Positions 9,165 to 19,305 of a stretch of 52,194 nucleotides of DNA are shown one piece after another; position 1 is the first letter of the stretch, and every line of letters begins with the position of its first letter. The DNA comes from an archaeon (GTDB lineage: Archaea > Undinarchaeota > Undinarchaeia > Undinarchaeales > JBDRKL01), in contig JBDRKL010000008.1 in the NCBI GenBank assembly GCA_043814055.1, positions 1-52,194 on the forward strand, read 5' to 3'. The translations under genes were made by a program, and so were the position numbers. A model generated the notes under the pieces. It did not search any database. It worked only from the letters and a program-made list of their open reading frames with translations, and was not told the origin of the DNA.

Positions 9165-10932
9165 CTTTCTTACGGTCCGCGCTCCTGCTCATTTTCTTGA
9201 AGTCATCATTCATCTTGTTCTGTATCCTCTTGAGCTCCTTCTCAAATTCAGAGTCCTTCACGAACCTCAACTGCATCAAATCATCTCTGCAGTCCGCGTT
9301 AACTATACTCTCAATCGGCACGCCGGATTCCAGCGATGCCATTGCAAGTTCGTAGTATTTCAGGAACGCGCTAATCATTCCATTCTGCTTTGTGTGGTTG
9401 CAGAAAGTGTCAACTGCGTGGTACGCGTTCTGCTGCAGGAACCCTTCTCTAATAATTCTTGCAACCTCCAGCACGAGGCGGTCTTTCTCAGGCAGGGCAT
9501 CCGAGCCAACCAGCTGAACAATCGCCTGAAGCCGGGATTCCTCCTGCAGGAGTGACATCGCGGTTGCCGCGTTCTCGCTGTAGTTCGGCGCAACCTCTTT
9601 CGTAAACCAGCCACCGAGCACTTTCTGGTACAAGCTGTAGCTGTTCAGCCAGTTTATGCTCGGGAAGTGCCTTCTGTTTGCCAGCCTTGAATCAAGCGCC
9701 CAGAACACTTTTGTAACGCGCAGAGTGTTCTGCGTAACCGGCTCTGAAAAGTCCCCGCCCGGCGGAGAAACCGCGCCAATAGCAGTTATCGAGCCTATGC
9801 GTTTCTTGTCCGTGCCGAGGCAAATACCCCTGCCCGCTCTTTCATAAAACTCAGCGAGCCTTGTGGCAAGATAAGCAGGGTACCCTTCCTCCCCTGGCAT
9901 TTCCTCAAGCCTTGAAGAAACCTCACGCATCGCTTCCGCCCACCGTGAAGTGGAGTCAGCAAGCAGTGAAACATCGTATCCCTGGTCCCGGTAGTACTCA
10001 GCAATTGTCATTCCTGTGTACACAGACGCTTCTCGCGCAGCCACTGGCATGTTTGAAGTGTTCACAATCATCACGGTTCGTTCCATCAATGGCTTTCCCG
10101 ACTTAGGGTCTATGAGTTTTGGGAATTCTTTAAGAACATCAGTCATCTCGTTCCCGCGCTCCCCGCACCCAATAAACACAATAACATCTGCATCAGCCCA
10201 CTTTGCCAGCTGGTGCTGCGTCACGGTCTTCCCGGTTCCGAACCCTCCGGGGATGGCAGCGGTCCCCCCCTTTGCAAGTGGGAAGAAAGTATCAAGAATT
10301 CTCTGCCCTGTGATGAGCGGAACATCCGGCCTCAGTTTCTTCCCAACTGGCCGTGACTTTCTTACAGGCCACCACTGCGCCATTGCAATCTCGGTCCCAT
10401 CTTCAAGCGTTGCTATTGTGTCCCGTACAGTGAAAGAACCCGACTTAATGTCCTTTATTCTACTCGCCTTTGCAGTAGGTGGAATCATCACTCGGTTAGT
10501 TATCATCGCGCTTTCCTTAACTTCGCCAATAATATCCCCAGGCGCAACCTTGTCGCCCTTCTTTGCAATCGCCTTGAAGTCCCACTTCTTTTTCAGGTCA
10601 AGCCCGTCCGCTGTTGCGCCGCGCTCTATAAAACTGCCCATCTGCTTTTCAAGCAGGTCCAGCGGTCTCTGGATGCCGTCGTAAATACTGGTCAGCAATC
10701 CTGGCCCAAGCTCAACTGACAGTGGCATGCCAGTGTTCTCAACAGGCTCGCCAGGCCGCATGCCTTGCGTTTCCTCATAAACCTGAATAATCGTATTATC
10801 CCCAACAATTCTGATTACTTCCCCCAGAAGCTTTTCCTTCCCCACCTTAACCAGGTCATACATCTTCGCGTCCAGCCCGGTGGCTGTAACCACAGGCCCG
10901 GACACTCTGCTTATTTCAGCTTTGCTGCTCAT
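9127..10932 (-). CDS. atpA: A/V-type ATP synthase subunit A (no intein)
   Basis: P-loop [29 protein letters not shown]; start set at MSSKAE after an AAGGAGG SD. Confidence 0.97.
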   Translation of the reverse strand: MSSKAEISRVSGPVVTATGLDAKMYDLVKVGKEKLLGEVIRIVGDNTIIQVYEETQGMRPGEPVENTGMPLSVELGPGLLTSIYDGIQRPLDLLEKQMGSFIERGATADGLDLKKKWDFKAIAKKGDKVAPGDIIGEVKESAMITNRVMIPPTAKASRIKDIKSGSFTVRDTIATLEDGTEIAMAQWWPVRKSRPVGKKLRPDVPLITGQRILDTFFPLAKGGTAAIPGGFGTGKTVTQHQLAKWADADVIVFIGCGERGNEMTDVLKEFPKLIDPKSGKPLMERTVMIVNTSNMPVAAREASVYTGMTIAEYYRDQGYDVSLLADSTSRWAEAMREVSSRLEEMPGEEGYPAYLATRLAEFYERAGRGICLGTDKKRIGSITAIGAVSPPGGDFSEPVTQNTLRVTKVFWALDSRLANRRHFPSINWLNSYSLYQKVLGGWFTKEVAPNYSENAATAMSLLQEESRLQAIVQLVGSDALPEKDRLVLEVARIIREGFLQQNAYHAVDTFCNHTKQNGMISAFLKYYELAMASLESGVPIESIVNADCRDDLMQLRFVKDSEFEKELKRIQNKMNDDFKKMSRSADRKKDEKTGEKGGESD

Positions 10933-11260
10933 CTTTACTTCCTCCTTTTTGAATATCTTTGTCTTTCCAAAGGTCAATCCCGAGGCACCTCTTTATGAGC
11001 TTCCTCAGGTCCCCCCCGCTCCCTGCGTCGGATATTGGCACTACCATCGGCGTCATCTCCTGCTCTGCTTTCTTTTTCATATGCATTGGCAGGCAGTTCG
11101 CATAATGCTCTTCCATTATGAGAACTCCAACATCCGCGTCATTAACAAGTTCTTCGTACTTCTGCACAAAGTTGTTATCATTAACAATAGCGTATTTCTT
11201 CACGCCGCACAGCTTGAACCCAAGCACAAACTCACTGCTGCCAAGCGCGCAAATTTCCAT
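10916..11260 (-). CDS. atpF: A/V-type ATP synthase subunit F
   Basis: [28 protein letters not shown]; operon position. Confidence 0.92.
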   Translation of the reverse strand: MEICALGSSEFVLGFKLCGVKKYAIVNDNNFVQKYEELVNDADVGVLIMEEHYANCLPMHMKKKAEQEMTPMVVPISDAGSGGDLRKLIKRCLGIDLWKDKDIQKGGSKDEQQS

Positions 11261-11262
11261 CG

Positions 11263-12297
11263 CTACCTCCAGTACAGGTTGGAAATAAATCCTTCCTGTT
11301 CCTCCTGGTTTTCAACTTTTTTGCTCCTAAGTATTATCCGTATGTTGTTCACTTCTCTCTCTTTTGCCCTAATGTACCCGAGCATGGTATTGACTGACGG
11401 CTCATAGTCCCGAAGCAGCTTGTACCCGAGCAGCATATAGTATCTCCTCAACCCAGATTCCACCTCGCTGGGCTCTGCGGCATCAATCGGAATATGTTTT
11501 CCGAAACCTTTCTTGTTCAAAGCGAGTGTTATTTCCCTTTTCTCAGCGCCTAGTAATCCTATAAAGAAAGCAGGTCTCAAATTTCCGCCTGCAATGAAAA
11601 TTCCCTTGGGATTCTCAAGCCCGAGCCCATTTGCCCTGAGGAGGTTCACTGCATTTTTCAGGTCTATCTCTGCCTTTACAATTTTCATCAGGCTTTTGCA
11701 CCCGCCCCCTCTCTCCAAAACCCTCTCATAATAAACCTTGTCCAGGGCATCCTCAATTTCCCGCAGGGTTTTTCCTTTGTGCTCTGCCGCAACTTTGTAA
11801 TATGTTGTTCCTCTCAGTCCCTCTATAACTGCATCAGGGGTCTCAGCTTTCACAAGCCTATCCAAAAGCGCCCCACTGAGCTCACCAACCGGAACTAGGT
11901 TATCAAGTAGGATCTCCTGGGCATTCCGTGATTCTTTACTCCTCAGCAAGGTCTTTATGTTGAATATGTCCCATCTCTTGAGGTACTCTTCCAGAGCCGA
12001 CCCTTTTGGAAGGAAGCCCACGACCCTTTTCATTTCCTTCACAAAACTAATGTTTATTGCCTTTTCAACAAGGTCTGCATCCGAGTATTTTGTGCTGAGC
12101 TCATCAATGTCTTTCTTGTACTCCCCCTCTTCCAGCACCCGTATAATTTCCTTAATATCCATCTTGATAAATCTATGATAGTCCGCCTCTGTAAGGAGCC
12201 GCCCTGCGGAAACCCTGACTCGCGTTGCAGCATATTCAAAATTAACCGGAGGCCCTTTCATCCTCCCTGCGATGTCTGAAACATATTTCAAGTTCAT
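11263..12297 (-). CDS. atpC: A/V-type ATP synthase subunit C
   Basis: YAATRV, RWDIFNIKTLLR, EIDLKN, YIRAKEREVNNIR. Confidence 0.92.
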   Translation of the reverse strand: MNLKYVSDIAGRMKGPPVNFEYAATRVRVSAGRLLTEADYHRFIKMDIKEIIRVLEEGEYKKDIDELSTKYSDADLVEKAINISFVKEMKRVVGFLPKGSALEEYLKRWDIFNIKTLLRSKESRNAQEILLDNLVPVGELSGALLDRLVKAETPDAVIEGLRGTTYYKVAAEHKGKTLREIEDALDKVYYERVLERGGGCKSLMKIVKAEIDLKNAVNLLRANGLGLENPKGIFIAGGNLRPAFFIGLLGAEKREITLALNKKGFGKHIPIDAAEPSEVESGLRRYYMLLGYKLLRDYEPSVNTMLGYIRAKEREVNNIRIILRSKKVENQEEQEGFISNLYWR

Positions 12298-12854
12298 TTA
12301 AACACGCGCTTCGCAGTCTCCTGAAGCGTTTCTTTTCTCACCTCTTTAAGTATGGTTTCAAATCTATAATCCACCGCAATGTCCTTCTTACTGTTCTCAA
12401 GTACAATCCCTCCAATGCATTCAATGTTCTCGGCATACTCCAATCCCTTCCCAAGCTTTTTCACCTCTTCAGCATCTCCTTCATTTGAACGAACATACTT
12501 TGCATCAAGCTCTTTTTTCGCCTTCTCCAATAGCGCGCCAAGCATCTTTCGCCTCTCAACGCCTTTCATTTCACGCAAGGTTCCTTCAACCTCTCCATAA
12601 ATGCCATCTAGTATCTCCTTCTTCTTTCTTAGAACAACCCTGCGCCCCTCCAACCTAGCCTGGGCTAGCCGCTTATTCCTAAGCTCAAGCTTCATTCGGC
12701 TCAGCTTCTCAGCCCGCTTAGCCTCAAGCTCCTTCACTCTCCTCTTGGCATCCTTTAAGATGGAGTCGCATTCTTCACTGCTTTGCACAGCTATCTTGTT
12801 GCATTGTGACTCCACCCTGTTCTGGATGTCCTTCTCTACGTTCTCTATTGCCAT
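12294..12854 (-). CDS. atpE: A/V-type ATP synthase subunit E
   Basis: Long coiled coil plus IGGIVL...VDYRFE; operon position. Confidence 0.9.
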   Translation of the reverse strand: MAIENVEKDIQNRVESQCNKIAVQSSEECDSILKDAKRRVKELEAKRAEKLSRMKLELRNKRLAQARLEGRRVVLRKKKEILDGIYGEVEGTLREMKGVERRKMLGALLEKAKKELDAKYVRSNEGDAEEVKKLGKGLEYAENIECIGGIVLENSKKDIAVDYRFETILKEVRKETLQETAKRVFK

Positions 12855-12861
12855 TTCTGTA

Positions 12862-13089
12862 CTAGCCCATCTTCCCTAGCATCAGTATTGCTATTACCAG
12901 ACCGAAAATAACAATTGTTTCCGGTATAACAGTCAGGATGAGTACCTTACTGAAGGTCTCTTCCGGCTTTTCAGCTATAGCTCCAACAGCTGCACTACCA
13001 ATGCCCTTCTCTGCCCAAGCGGCAGCGAACGAAGAGCCAATCATGGTAAGTGCTACGCTGAGTGCTATCATTCCTGTGGATTCTACCAT
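12862..13089 (-). CDS. atpK: A-type ATP synthase subunit K/c (single hairpin)
   Basis: Two TM helices, AEKGIGSAAVGAIAE and IPETIVIFG with the carrier Glu; SD GGAGGTGA upstream. Confidence 0.95.
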   Translation of the reverse strand: MVESTGMIALSVALTMIGSSFAAAWAEKGIGSAAVGAIAEKPEETFSKVLILTVIPETIVIFGLVIAILMLGKMG

Positions 13090-13110
13090 TTCTTCACCTC
13101 CTTATTGAAA

Positions 13111-14655
13111 TTATGCACCAAAGGGTTCATACTTCTTTCCCCCCCCTTTATAAAACTTCGTGAAAAACTCCACATAGTGGAGCCGAAGCGACTGCAAAAA
13201 GCCACCAAGCAACCCGATGGCTATGTTCAAAGCGTGCCCAAGCACAAGAATAATCCCTGCGAGCGGCCACCACATCCAGCCCATCTGTATCATATTTCCA
13301 ACGGAATCATTTATTATGACTGCAAGAATAACAGACGCGAGCCCAATGGCAAACAACCTCGCATACGAAAGTATGTTGCTCAAGACCGACGGCAATTCAA
13401 TTAAACCAGCAACCCCATGGCCCATATATATCATTATAATTGACAGCACTATCACCCCTGCGCCTGCCTCAAACAAGTACGGCGCCGCAAACCAACCCTG
13501 ATTCTGGACAATCAGCATAATTGCTCCAAGCTCAAGAAGCAGCCAGCTTCCCCCTTCAAGCACCGCGCCCTTTACTCCGTGAGCTTTGAACCCATTTACA
13601 GCATTTAGGACAAACCCGCTCGTGATATGCAGCGCTCCAATAAGGACTGAAATCATTATCATCAGCATTATCTGGTCTTGGTGTTCGCCAGCCCTGTGCA
13701 GCAATGGAGTGTACCCCATTGAAGCGCCAAAGAATTCCCCAAACACAAACCCAAATATTATCGCACCCACAGAAGCTATCATCATGGCATTGACAAACCC
13801 TTTAGATGCTCCGCTCATTTTTCTCCCTGCCAAATAGAACGCAATGAACGTGGCAATCCCATATCCAACATCCCCCAGCATAAACCCAAAGAATAAAGGG
13901 AAAGTTATGAACACGAACATTGTTGGGTCCAGCTCCTTGTAGCTTGGAAGTGAGTATAGCTTTAGGAAGAATTCAAAAGATTCTATTCCCCCTGGGTTCT
14001 GCAACTCAGTCGGGGGCGCGTCAATGCAATCCTCAAGCTGCTCCATGTGCACCTTGCCCCCTGTCCTGTCCTCTAGTATTTTTTCAACCTTCTTGTAATC
14101 CTTCTCCGGAACCCATCCATCAACTATGAAAGCATTGGTGCTTACTGCAAATCTGAGCGGAGCCTCGGCTTTTTCAGTTTCCGCTTTTAGCTCCTTTTCA
14201 TAATTGTAAAGGAAAGCACCATAGGTGTCAACAACTTTTTTCATGCTTTTGTTAACTCCTTCAAGATTGGTTTTCTCTTTCTTCTCCCCTCTCTTGCTAT
14301 TGTTAGCTTTCACTGCAGCTTCAAGGCCCTTCTTTTTCTCGTGCAACCCAAGAACTGCCTTTTCAATTGCCTTGAATCTTTCCCAGGAATTACTCCCCAG
14401 CACATCCTTCTTAAATTCCTTTTTCCCAATCCCCAAAAAGTTGATAACCACTCTCACCTTGACTAATTTTTCAGAAGTCGTAGACGCTTTTCCAAACGGA
14501 GCACCTATATCAAAGCAATCTTCATCATATTTCCCAGCTGAATACTCCTCCAAATGCAGAAGTTTCATTGAGTGCAGGTCTTCAATAACACCCTGCAGAA
14601 CCCCTTTTGAGCCTACTATTTGCACCCTGCACATTCGCATTGGCTCAAAACTCAC
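13111..14655 (-). CDS. atpI: A/V-type ATP synthase subunit I/a (short soluble domain)
   Basis: LPSYKELDPT, FFGFMLGDVGYG, SNILSYARL, LQSLRLHYVEFFTKFY. Confidence 0.95.
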   Translation of the reverse strand: MSFEPMRMCRVQIVGSKGVLQGVIEDLHSMKLLHLEEYSAGKYDEDCFDIGAPFGKASTTSEKLVKVRVVINFLGIGKKEFKKDVLGSNSWERFKAIEKAVLGLHEKKKGLEAAVKANNSKRGEKKEKTNLEGVNKSMKKVVDTYGAFLYNYEKELKAETEKAEAPLRFAVSTNAFIVDGWVPEKDYKKVEKILEDRTGGKVHMEQLEDCIDAPPTELQNPGGIESFEFFLKLYSLPSYKELDPTMFVFITFPLFFGFMLGDVGYGIATFIAFYLAGRKMSGASKGFVNAMMIASVGAIIFGFVFGEFFGASMGYTPLLHRAGEHQDQIMLMIMISVLIGALHITSGFVLNAVNGFKAHGVKGAVLEGGSWLLLELGAIMLIVQNQGWFAAPYLFEAGAGVIVLSIIMIYMGHGVAGLIELPSVLSNILSYARLFAIGLASVILAVIINDSVGNMIQMGWMWWPLAGIILVLGHALNIAIGLLGGFLQSLRLHYVEFFTKFYKGGGKKYEPFGA

Positions 14656-14996
14656 AGCACTCGCCTCTTAAACTCTTTAAGCAAAAAATCAACCACAGTC
14701 TCTTTCTTCTTTCCTGCTGCTTTGCCAAGTTTTTCCGCATCGCCCTCAGCAATTCCAATTATCTCAGAAACCTCTTTGCCAAGCTTTTTTTCCTCTTTTT
14801 CCAACTCACCGCGCAAATATGCGTCTTCAGCTGCTCCGAACTCCTCAATCATAGAAATAGAATCCTTTTGCGCGTTCCTTACCTGCGTTTCCCCCTGATT
14901 TTTTGCATAATCTACCCTCTTTTTGCTGTCTTTCTCCAGCTCTTTTATGCGCTCTACAACGTTTTGTTCCATGCGAGATGTCATCTCTATACTCAT
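14652..14996 (-). CDS. atpH: A-type ATP synthase subunit H (start may be later, at MEQNVV)
   Basis: Charged coiled-coil protein of about 110 aa at the head of the operon, ATGA-type overlap with atpI. Confidence 0.75.
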   Translation of the reverse strand: MSIEMTSRMEQNVVERIKELEKDSKKRVDYAKNQGETQVRNAQKDSISMIEEFGAAEDAYLRGELEKEEKKLGKEVSEIIGIAEGDAEKLGKAAGKKKETVVDFLLKEFKRRVL

Positions 14997-15020
14997 GCCT
15001 TTTTATAGCTTTCGTAATCA

Positions 15021-16259
15021 CTAGACAATGCCCAAAAAAACAGCAAAAATCGCATATAAGCCAGTGTAAAAAAGCACAACAGGAAAGAGCAAAAATCCCA
15101 TGCACTCCGCCCGCCGAACGCTTAAAAGCGGCGGCAAAAGTCCGAGCGCAGTTCCAACTAACAAAACAACCAGCCCAATCCCCCCGGTCAGCGCAAAAAC
15201 AGAAGCAGTGATAACCAATATGATGCACACATTTATCTTGCCGTAATTGCTCCCGCCCCCGCTCAATTTAAGCGCGAAAAACATTCCCAATTTAATGTGC
15301 AGGAACAGCGCAACCCCCCCAGCAAGCAAAATAACCCCTAGAAACAGCAGCAACTGCCCAAAAATCATTTCTCCTAGCATATCATCAATAACCACCATTA
15401 TTCCAGACCTCATTTTTCCAAGTGAGTAAAGCACAACCATTGTAAATATCATGTTCGCTGTGTTGACTCCTGAAACCGCGACCAAGAACTCCTGCACACT
15501 GCTCTTCCTCGTGACCTGCTGCGCCACAAAAGTCGCCTGCGCAGCTCCAATTCCTGGGAGCATTCCCACGAGCATGCCTGCAACTGAACCCACAACAGAC
15601 CCTCTAACAATTTCTCCCAATTTCAGGTTAATGTTCGCTCTTGCCTGAATTGGGATTCTCACTTTTTCCCTTAAACTGAGCAGCATTGTTGAAACTCCAA
15701 ACATCCCGCTCAGCGCAGGGAATATCATTCCTTCTGGAAAAGCACTTCCGAGCACAAAGAATCCAAAAAATCCTGCGGCAAGAAACACAAACACGGCGCG
15801 CCAGGTATTTTTCTCAGCTGCAAAACCCAGCAATATCATAAAAAGGAGCACGAAGTGCAGGTTCGGTTTTATGAATTCATAAACAGGCCCAACCCATTTC
15901 ACCATAACCAGGAACAATCCTGCTGCAATCAAAAGTGCCATCAGGCTTCCAAGCCCAGTCAGTTTTATCGCTTCAATCGCCCGCCCCTCAAGAAGCATCG
16001 TGTGCCCCGGCAAAACCGCAAGCGCGGTTTCCCCGTCCGGCGCGCCGAGCAAAATGCTGGGTATGAAATCCAAAAAAGTGTGCGTGACTGCCATTGCCAT
16101 TATCATCGCCGCAACTGACAGTGTCTCAAACCCTGCAAAAAAAGGCAGGCCTGCAAGCACAAGCGCTGAAACCATGTTTATGTGAATCCCCGGCACCAAC
16201 CCTGTGATTATTCCAAGCCCGCACCCGGCGAGCGTGAACAGCAGAATCTCAGTGAACAT
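15021..16259 (-). CDS. TctA-family (tripartite tricarboxylate transporter permease-like) membrane protein
   Basis: GIITGLVPGIHIN, THTFLDFIPSILLGAPD, VLPGH..LLEG, LPGIG; many TM helices. Confidence 0.88.
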   Translation of the reverse strand: MFTEILLFTLAGCGLGIITGLVPGIHINMVSALVLAGLPFFAGFETLSVAAMIMAMAVTHTFLDFIPSILLGAPDGETALAVLPGHTMLLEGRAIEAIKLTGLGSLMALLIAAGLFLVMVKWVGPVYEFIKPNLHFVLLFMILLGFAAEKNTWRAVFVFLAAGFFGFFVLGSAFPEGMIFPALSGMFGVSTMLLSLREKVRIPIQARANINLKLGEIVRGSVVGSVAGMLVGMLPGIGAAQATFVAQQVTRKSSVQEFLVAVSGVNTANMIFTMVVLYSLGKMRSGIMVVIDDMLGEMIFGQLLLFLGVILLAGGVALFLHIKLGMFFALKLSGGGSNYGKINVCIILVITASVFALTGGIGLVVLLVGTALGLLPPLLSVRRAECMGFLLFPVVLFYTGLYAIFAVFLGIV

Positions 16260-16359
16260 AAATCAAGCGACAGCAACCACTTTTATAAGATTTCCTTAAC
16301 TCCGCAGAGTTTGTACCTCAACAGCAAACTATATAGTCCTCTATATTTACTATGCCTCT

Positions 16360-17268
16360 ATGGAGCTTAGAAAAATCCAGAAAACCGGAGGCTCAACCTA
16401 CATAATCTCCTTGCCAAAGAGCTGGGCGCAGAAAGAAAACCTAACCCAGGGCAGCGTGCTCTCAATTGAGGAGCAGCGCGACGGCTCCCTGCGCCTTAGC
16501 CCGAAAATCTCCGGCGAAAAGGAAACACAGGAAATTGAAATAATTGCGGATGAGAACCTGCGGCGTAGAATGCTCAGCAAATACCTGCTTGGCTATGATG
16601 TCCTCCTAATAAAATCCGAAACAAAACTCACCAAAAATCAAAAATCTGAGATAAAAAAGAATGTTCAGCATATGATTGGTTTTGAAATCCTTGAAGAGTC
16701 CGCGAACGAGATGCGCATCAAGTCCCTTCTGGATCCGAACGAGGTTTCAATTCACAAATCCCTCCGCAGAATGTACTCAATAGTTTCAGTAATGCACCGC
16801 GACCTGATAATAGCGATAGAAACCACAGACCAAAAACTCCTCAGGGACATAATTCAAAGGGACGTTGAGGTCAACAAGCTCTACTTCCTTCTTGTCCGCC
16901 AAATCCGCACAGTAATCCAGAACGCCCGGCTTCAGGAAAAAGAAAACATTACTGCAGTTGACTGCGTTGATTACCGCCTGGTAGCCAGCGTGATGGAGCG
17001 CCTCGGAGACTCATTGGAGAGCATAGCAACCACCCTGCTCAAGGAAACCCCCGAGCCTCGGCTGAAAAAAATGATAGAATCAACCTATGAAATCCACAAC
17101 ACTGCCGCAACCGCAATATTCAAGCGCGATGAGAAGCTCGCAAAAGAAGCGCACCTCAAGTGGCAAAAATTCTCCCCAACCGGCCTCAGGAATCAAAACA
17201 TCTCAAACGAGCTGGTAAAAATTGCAGATTTTGGAAACGACCTTGCGGACATAGTGGCCGGGGACTAA
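16360..17268 (+). CDS. Phosphate uptake regulator (AbrB N-terminal + PhoU domains)
   Basis: RKIQKTGGSTYIISLPKSW AbrB-like start; RDVEVNKLYFL and MERLGD PhoU motifs. Confidence 0.88.
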   Translation: MELRKIQKTGGSTYIISLPKSWAQKENLTQGSVLSIEEQRDGSLRLSPKISGEKETQEIEIIADENLRRRMLSKYLLGYDVLLIKSETKLTKNQKSEIKKNVQHMIGFEILEESANEMRIKSLLDPNEVSIHKSLRRMYSIVSVMHRDLIIAIETTDQKLLRDIIQRDVEVNKLYFLLVRQIRTVIQNARLQEKENITAVDCVDYRLVASVMERLGDSLESIATTLLKETPEPRLKKMIESTYEIHNTAATAIFKRDEKLAKEAHLKWQKFSPTGLRNQNISNELVKIADFGNDLADIVAGD

Positions 17269-17817
17269 TTAAGAAACAATTCCCTTCGTCAGGTCCTTCT
17301 TGTATTTTTTAACAGATTCTATCTGCTTGTCAACTACCTGTATTTGCCTGTCAAAGGCACCACGATCCACAGGAAATCCAAGCTCAACCTTGTGTTCTTT
17401 TGCCTTTTTCATGGTCTCTGTCAACCAATCACGTATTTCAATCCACTTCTCTTTTGAAAGTTTCAGGCTAGTTATAGCAGTATCAAGTGAGGTCCACTCC
17501 GCTCCTTTTATCTCTTCAGTTCTCCAGGCATCGTTTGGCATATGCGCCCACCGATCCAGTATGTTTCCACTCACAGTCTCATAATTCCGCATTCCATAAT
17601 CATACAAAAGTTGCGCTTCCATCTTCCGAATACCATAAACAAACTTTGCTGCCTTTGGTATTATCGTTGGCCTCTGCTCTATAAAATTTAGCCACTTTGC
17701 CACATACCGCTCCTCAACACTCTTTACAATGTCTGGAGCGCCTGACAAGTATTGGTTTGCCCTAGTACTATCAAGTGCATTTTGTGCCTGTTCATATACT
17801 GTAGCTCCTTCTGCCAT
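17269..17817 (-). CDS. Hypothetical protein
   Basis: 182-aa ORF filling the gap between convergent genes; no motif recognised. Confidence 0.65.
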   Translation of the reverse strand: MAEGATVYEQAQNALDSTRANQYLSGAPDIVKSVEERYVAKWLNFIEQRPTIIPKAAKFVYGIRKMEAQLLYDYGMRNYETVSGNILDRWAHMPNDAWRTEEIKGAEWTSLDTAITSLKLSKEKWIEIRDWLTETMKKAKEHKVELGFPVDRGAFDRQIQVVDKQIESVKKYKKDLTKGIVS

Positions 17818-17832
17818 ACTCTTACTCCTGTC

Positions 17833-18390
17833 TCATCTTTTATTTAAACTTATTGAAGCCAAATCGCTATAGACCGGGCTATCAGCTGCTAGCTCGCTCT
17901 TCCTTATCTTAACCTCTTTAACCTCAACTTCTCCAAAATCAGAATTCTCAAACTTCCTCAGCGCGGAAAGAAGCTTTTCCATCTCCCCAATGCTTTTAAC
18001 CCTCCCAATGGTAACGTGCGGACTGAACTTCATCGCACCAATCTTCCCCACATTAACTTGCGCGTCAATCTCCTCTTGGAGCTCAATTAACTCTTCTGCC
18101 CCTTGCTCAACTCCTGCCCACAGAACCTTTGCATAATCCCAGTTCGGGAAAGCACCAACGCCTTTCAAGGACATTTTGAATCCGGCAAATTTTTCAACAG
18201 CTTTTTCACACCCTTTTCTTGCAGTTTCCAGGGCATTTTCATCCACTTCGCCCAGAAACTTTAGTGTTAAATGCAAATTCTCCGGCTCAACAAACTTAAC
18301 ATCTGCCCCAATTTTCTTCAGGGTGCCAATAAGTTTGCCCAACTTCGCTCTCTGGTCCTCTCCAATCTCAACCGCAATGAAAGCTCTCAT
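17833..18390 (-). CDS. thpR: RNA 2',3'-cyclic phosphodiesterase (2H family, LigT/ThpR)
   Basis: MRAFIAVE start; two HxT motifs (LHLTLKFLG, PHVTIGR). Confidence 0.92.
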   Translation of the reverse strand: MRAFIAVEIGEDQRAKLGKLIGTLKKIGADVKFVEPENLHLTLKFLGEVDENALETARKGCEKAVEKFAGFKMSLKGVGAFPNWDYAKVLWAGVEQGAEELIELQEEIDAQVNVGKIGAMKFSPHVTIGRVKSIGEMEKLLSALRKFENSDFGEVEVKEVKIRKSELAADSPVYSDLASISLNKR

Positions 18391-18427
18391 GCAAAATACT
18401 ATATACATCTCAAATTTAAACCTGTGC

Positions 18428-18799
18428 ATGAACAAAGAAACAAATCCCGCAGAAGATGCAGGTGCAGTAGTGCACGTCAATGACTCAAACTTTGAGGCAG
18501 AAGTTACCCAAGCAGACGGTCTCGTGATAGTTGACTTCTGGGCATCTTGGTGCGGGCCTTGCCAAATGATGAGCCTGATTTTTGAGGACGCAGCCAGCGA
18601 GTTCAAGGGACAGGCAAAATTCGTGAAGGTTCAGCTTGACGACCCTGCGAACCCAACCAACCAAAACCTCGCGCACGCCTTCGGCGTGATGAGCATTCCC
18701 TCAATACTCTTTTTCAAAAATGGCGAGGAAGTAGACAGAGTTTCAGGCGTGATGCAGAAAGAGCAAATCAAGGAAAAAATAGACGCGCTCTCTACCTAG
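18428..18799 (+). CDS. trxA: Thioredoxin
   Basis: VDFWASWCGPC active site and SIP cis-Pro loop; start corrected to ATG 18428. Confidence 0.93.
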   Translation: MNKETNPAEDAGAVVHVNDSNFEAEVTQADGLVIVDFWASWCGPCQMMSLIFEDAASEFKGQAKFVKVQLDDPANPTNQNLAHAFGVMSIPSILFFKNGEEVDRVSGVMQKEQIKEKIDALST

Positions 18800-18911
18800 A
18801 CTTGAAATTCGCGCAGAACTGGAAAACAGTCAGCTCACGCTCACATTCTCCGCTGCAATCGTCAGCGTATCGCGCGCATTTTGCACAATCCATAGAACGT
18901 CCAGTATTCAT
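18792..18911 (-). CDS. Possible Cys-rich microprotein (39 aa), not in ORF track
   Basis: Hand translation MNTGRSMDCAKCARYADDCSGECERELTVFQFCANFKSR; five Cys including CxxC; fills an otherwise empty gap. Confidence 0.4.
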   Translation of the reverse strand: MNTGRSMDCAKCARYADDCSGECERELTVFQFCANFKSR

Positions 18912-19029
18912 CTTAACCAATGGGATTTAGCAGCGGCAATGCCCCAAAACTCCATCTTGTTACCCCCTTATATCAAAGCTTGCTCGCAGAGCATCTCTAC
19001 TCTAAGAATAATGCCTATACAAACCAAAC

Positions 19030-19287
19030 CTAAATTATATCTTGCTCATTCACCAAAAGAAAATCCCCGACTGCGGTAACTGCGCTGAACGGAAGCAAAA
19101 GCCTGCCCTGCTTGTCCCGAACAAGGTCTTCAAAATGAGCAACAATGTACTTTGTAGGCTCAACTATCATGTTGATAAGCTCGCCTGTTGAAACATCTGC
19201 GGTTATGTCCAGGACTTTACCAAACATCCTGCCGCCCTCTGAAACAACAGTCTTTGCCTGTATCTCTTTGAAAGGTACCTTTGCCAT
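19030..19287 (-). CDS. PRC-barrel domain protein (CdpB-like)
   Basis: KTVVSEGGRMFGKVLDI..D..TGEL ... LPFSAVTAVGDFLLV matches the stand-alone archaeal PRC-barrel pattern. Confidence 0.85.
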   Translation of the reverse strand: MAKVPFKEIQAKTVVSEGGRMFGKVLDITADVSTGELINMIVEPTKYIVAHFEDLVRDKQGRLLLPFSAVTAVGDFLLVNEQDII

Positions 19288-19305
19288 ATGATTCTTTCCT
19301 TGTTA

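Noticed and set aside
7009-15228. Numerous plus-strand ORFs across the ATP synthase operon (and similar shadows elsewhere, e.g. 25991-26746)
   Set aside because: Antisense shadows of well-supported genes with no recognisable motifs
18176-18606. Long overlapping starts of thpR and trxA
   Set aside because: Mutual antisense read-through; the true starts at 18390 (-) and 18428 (+) flank a short divergent promoter
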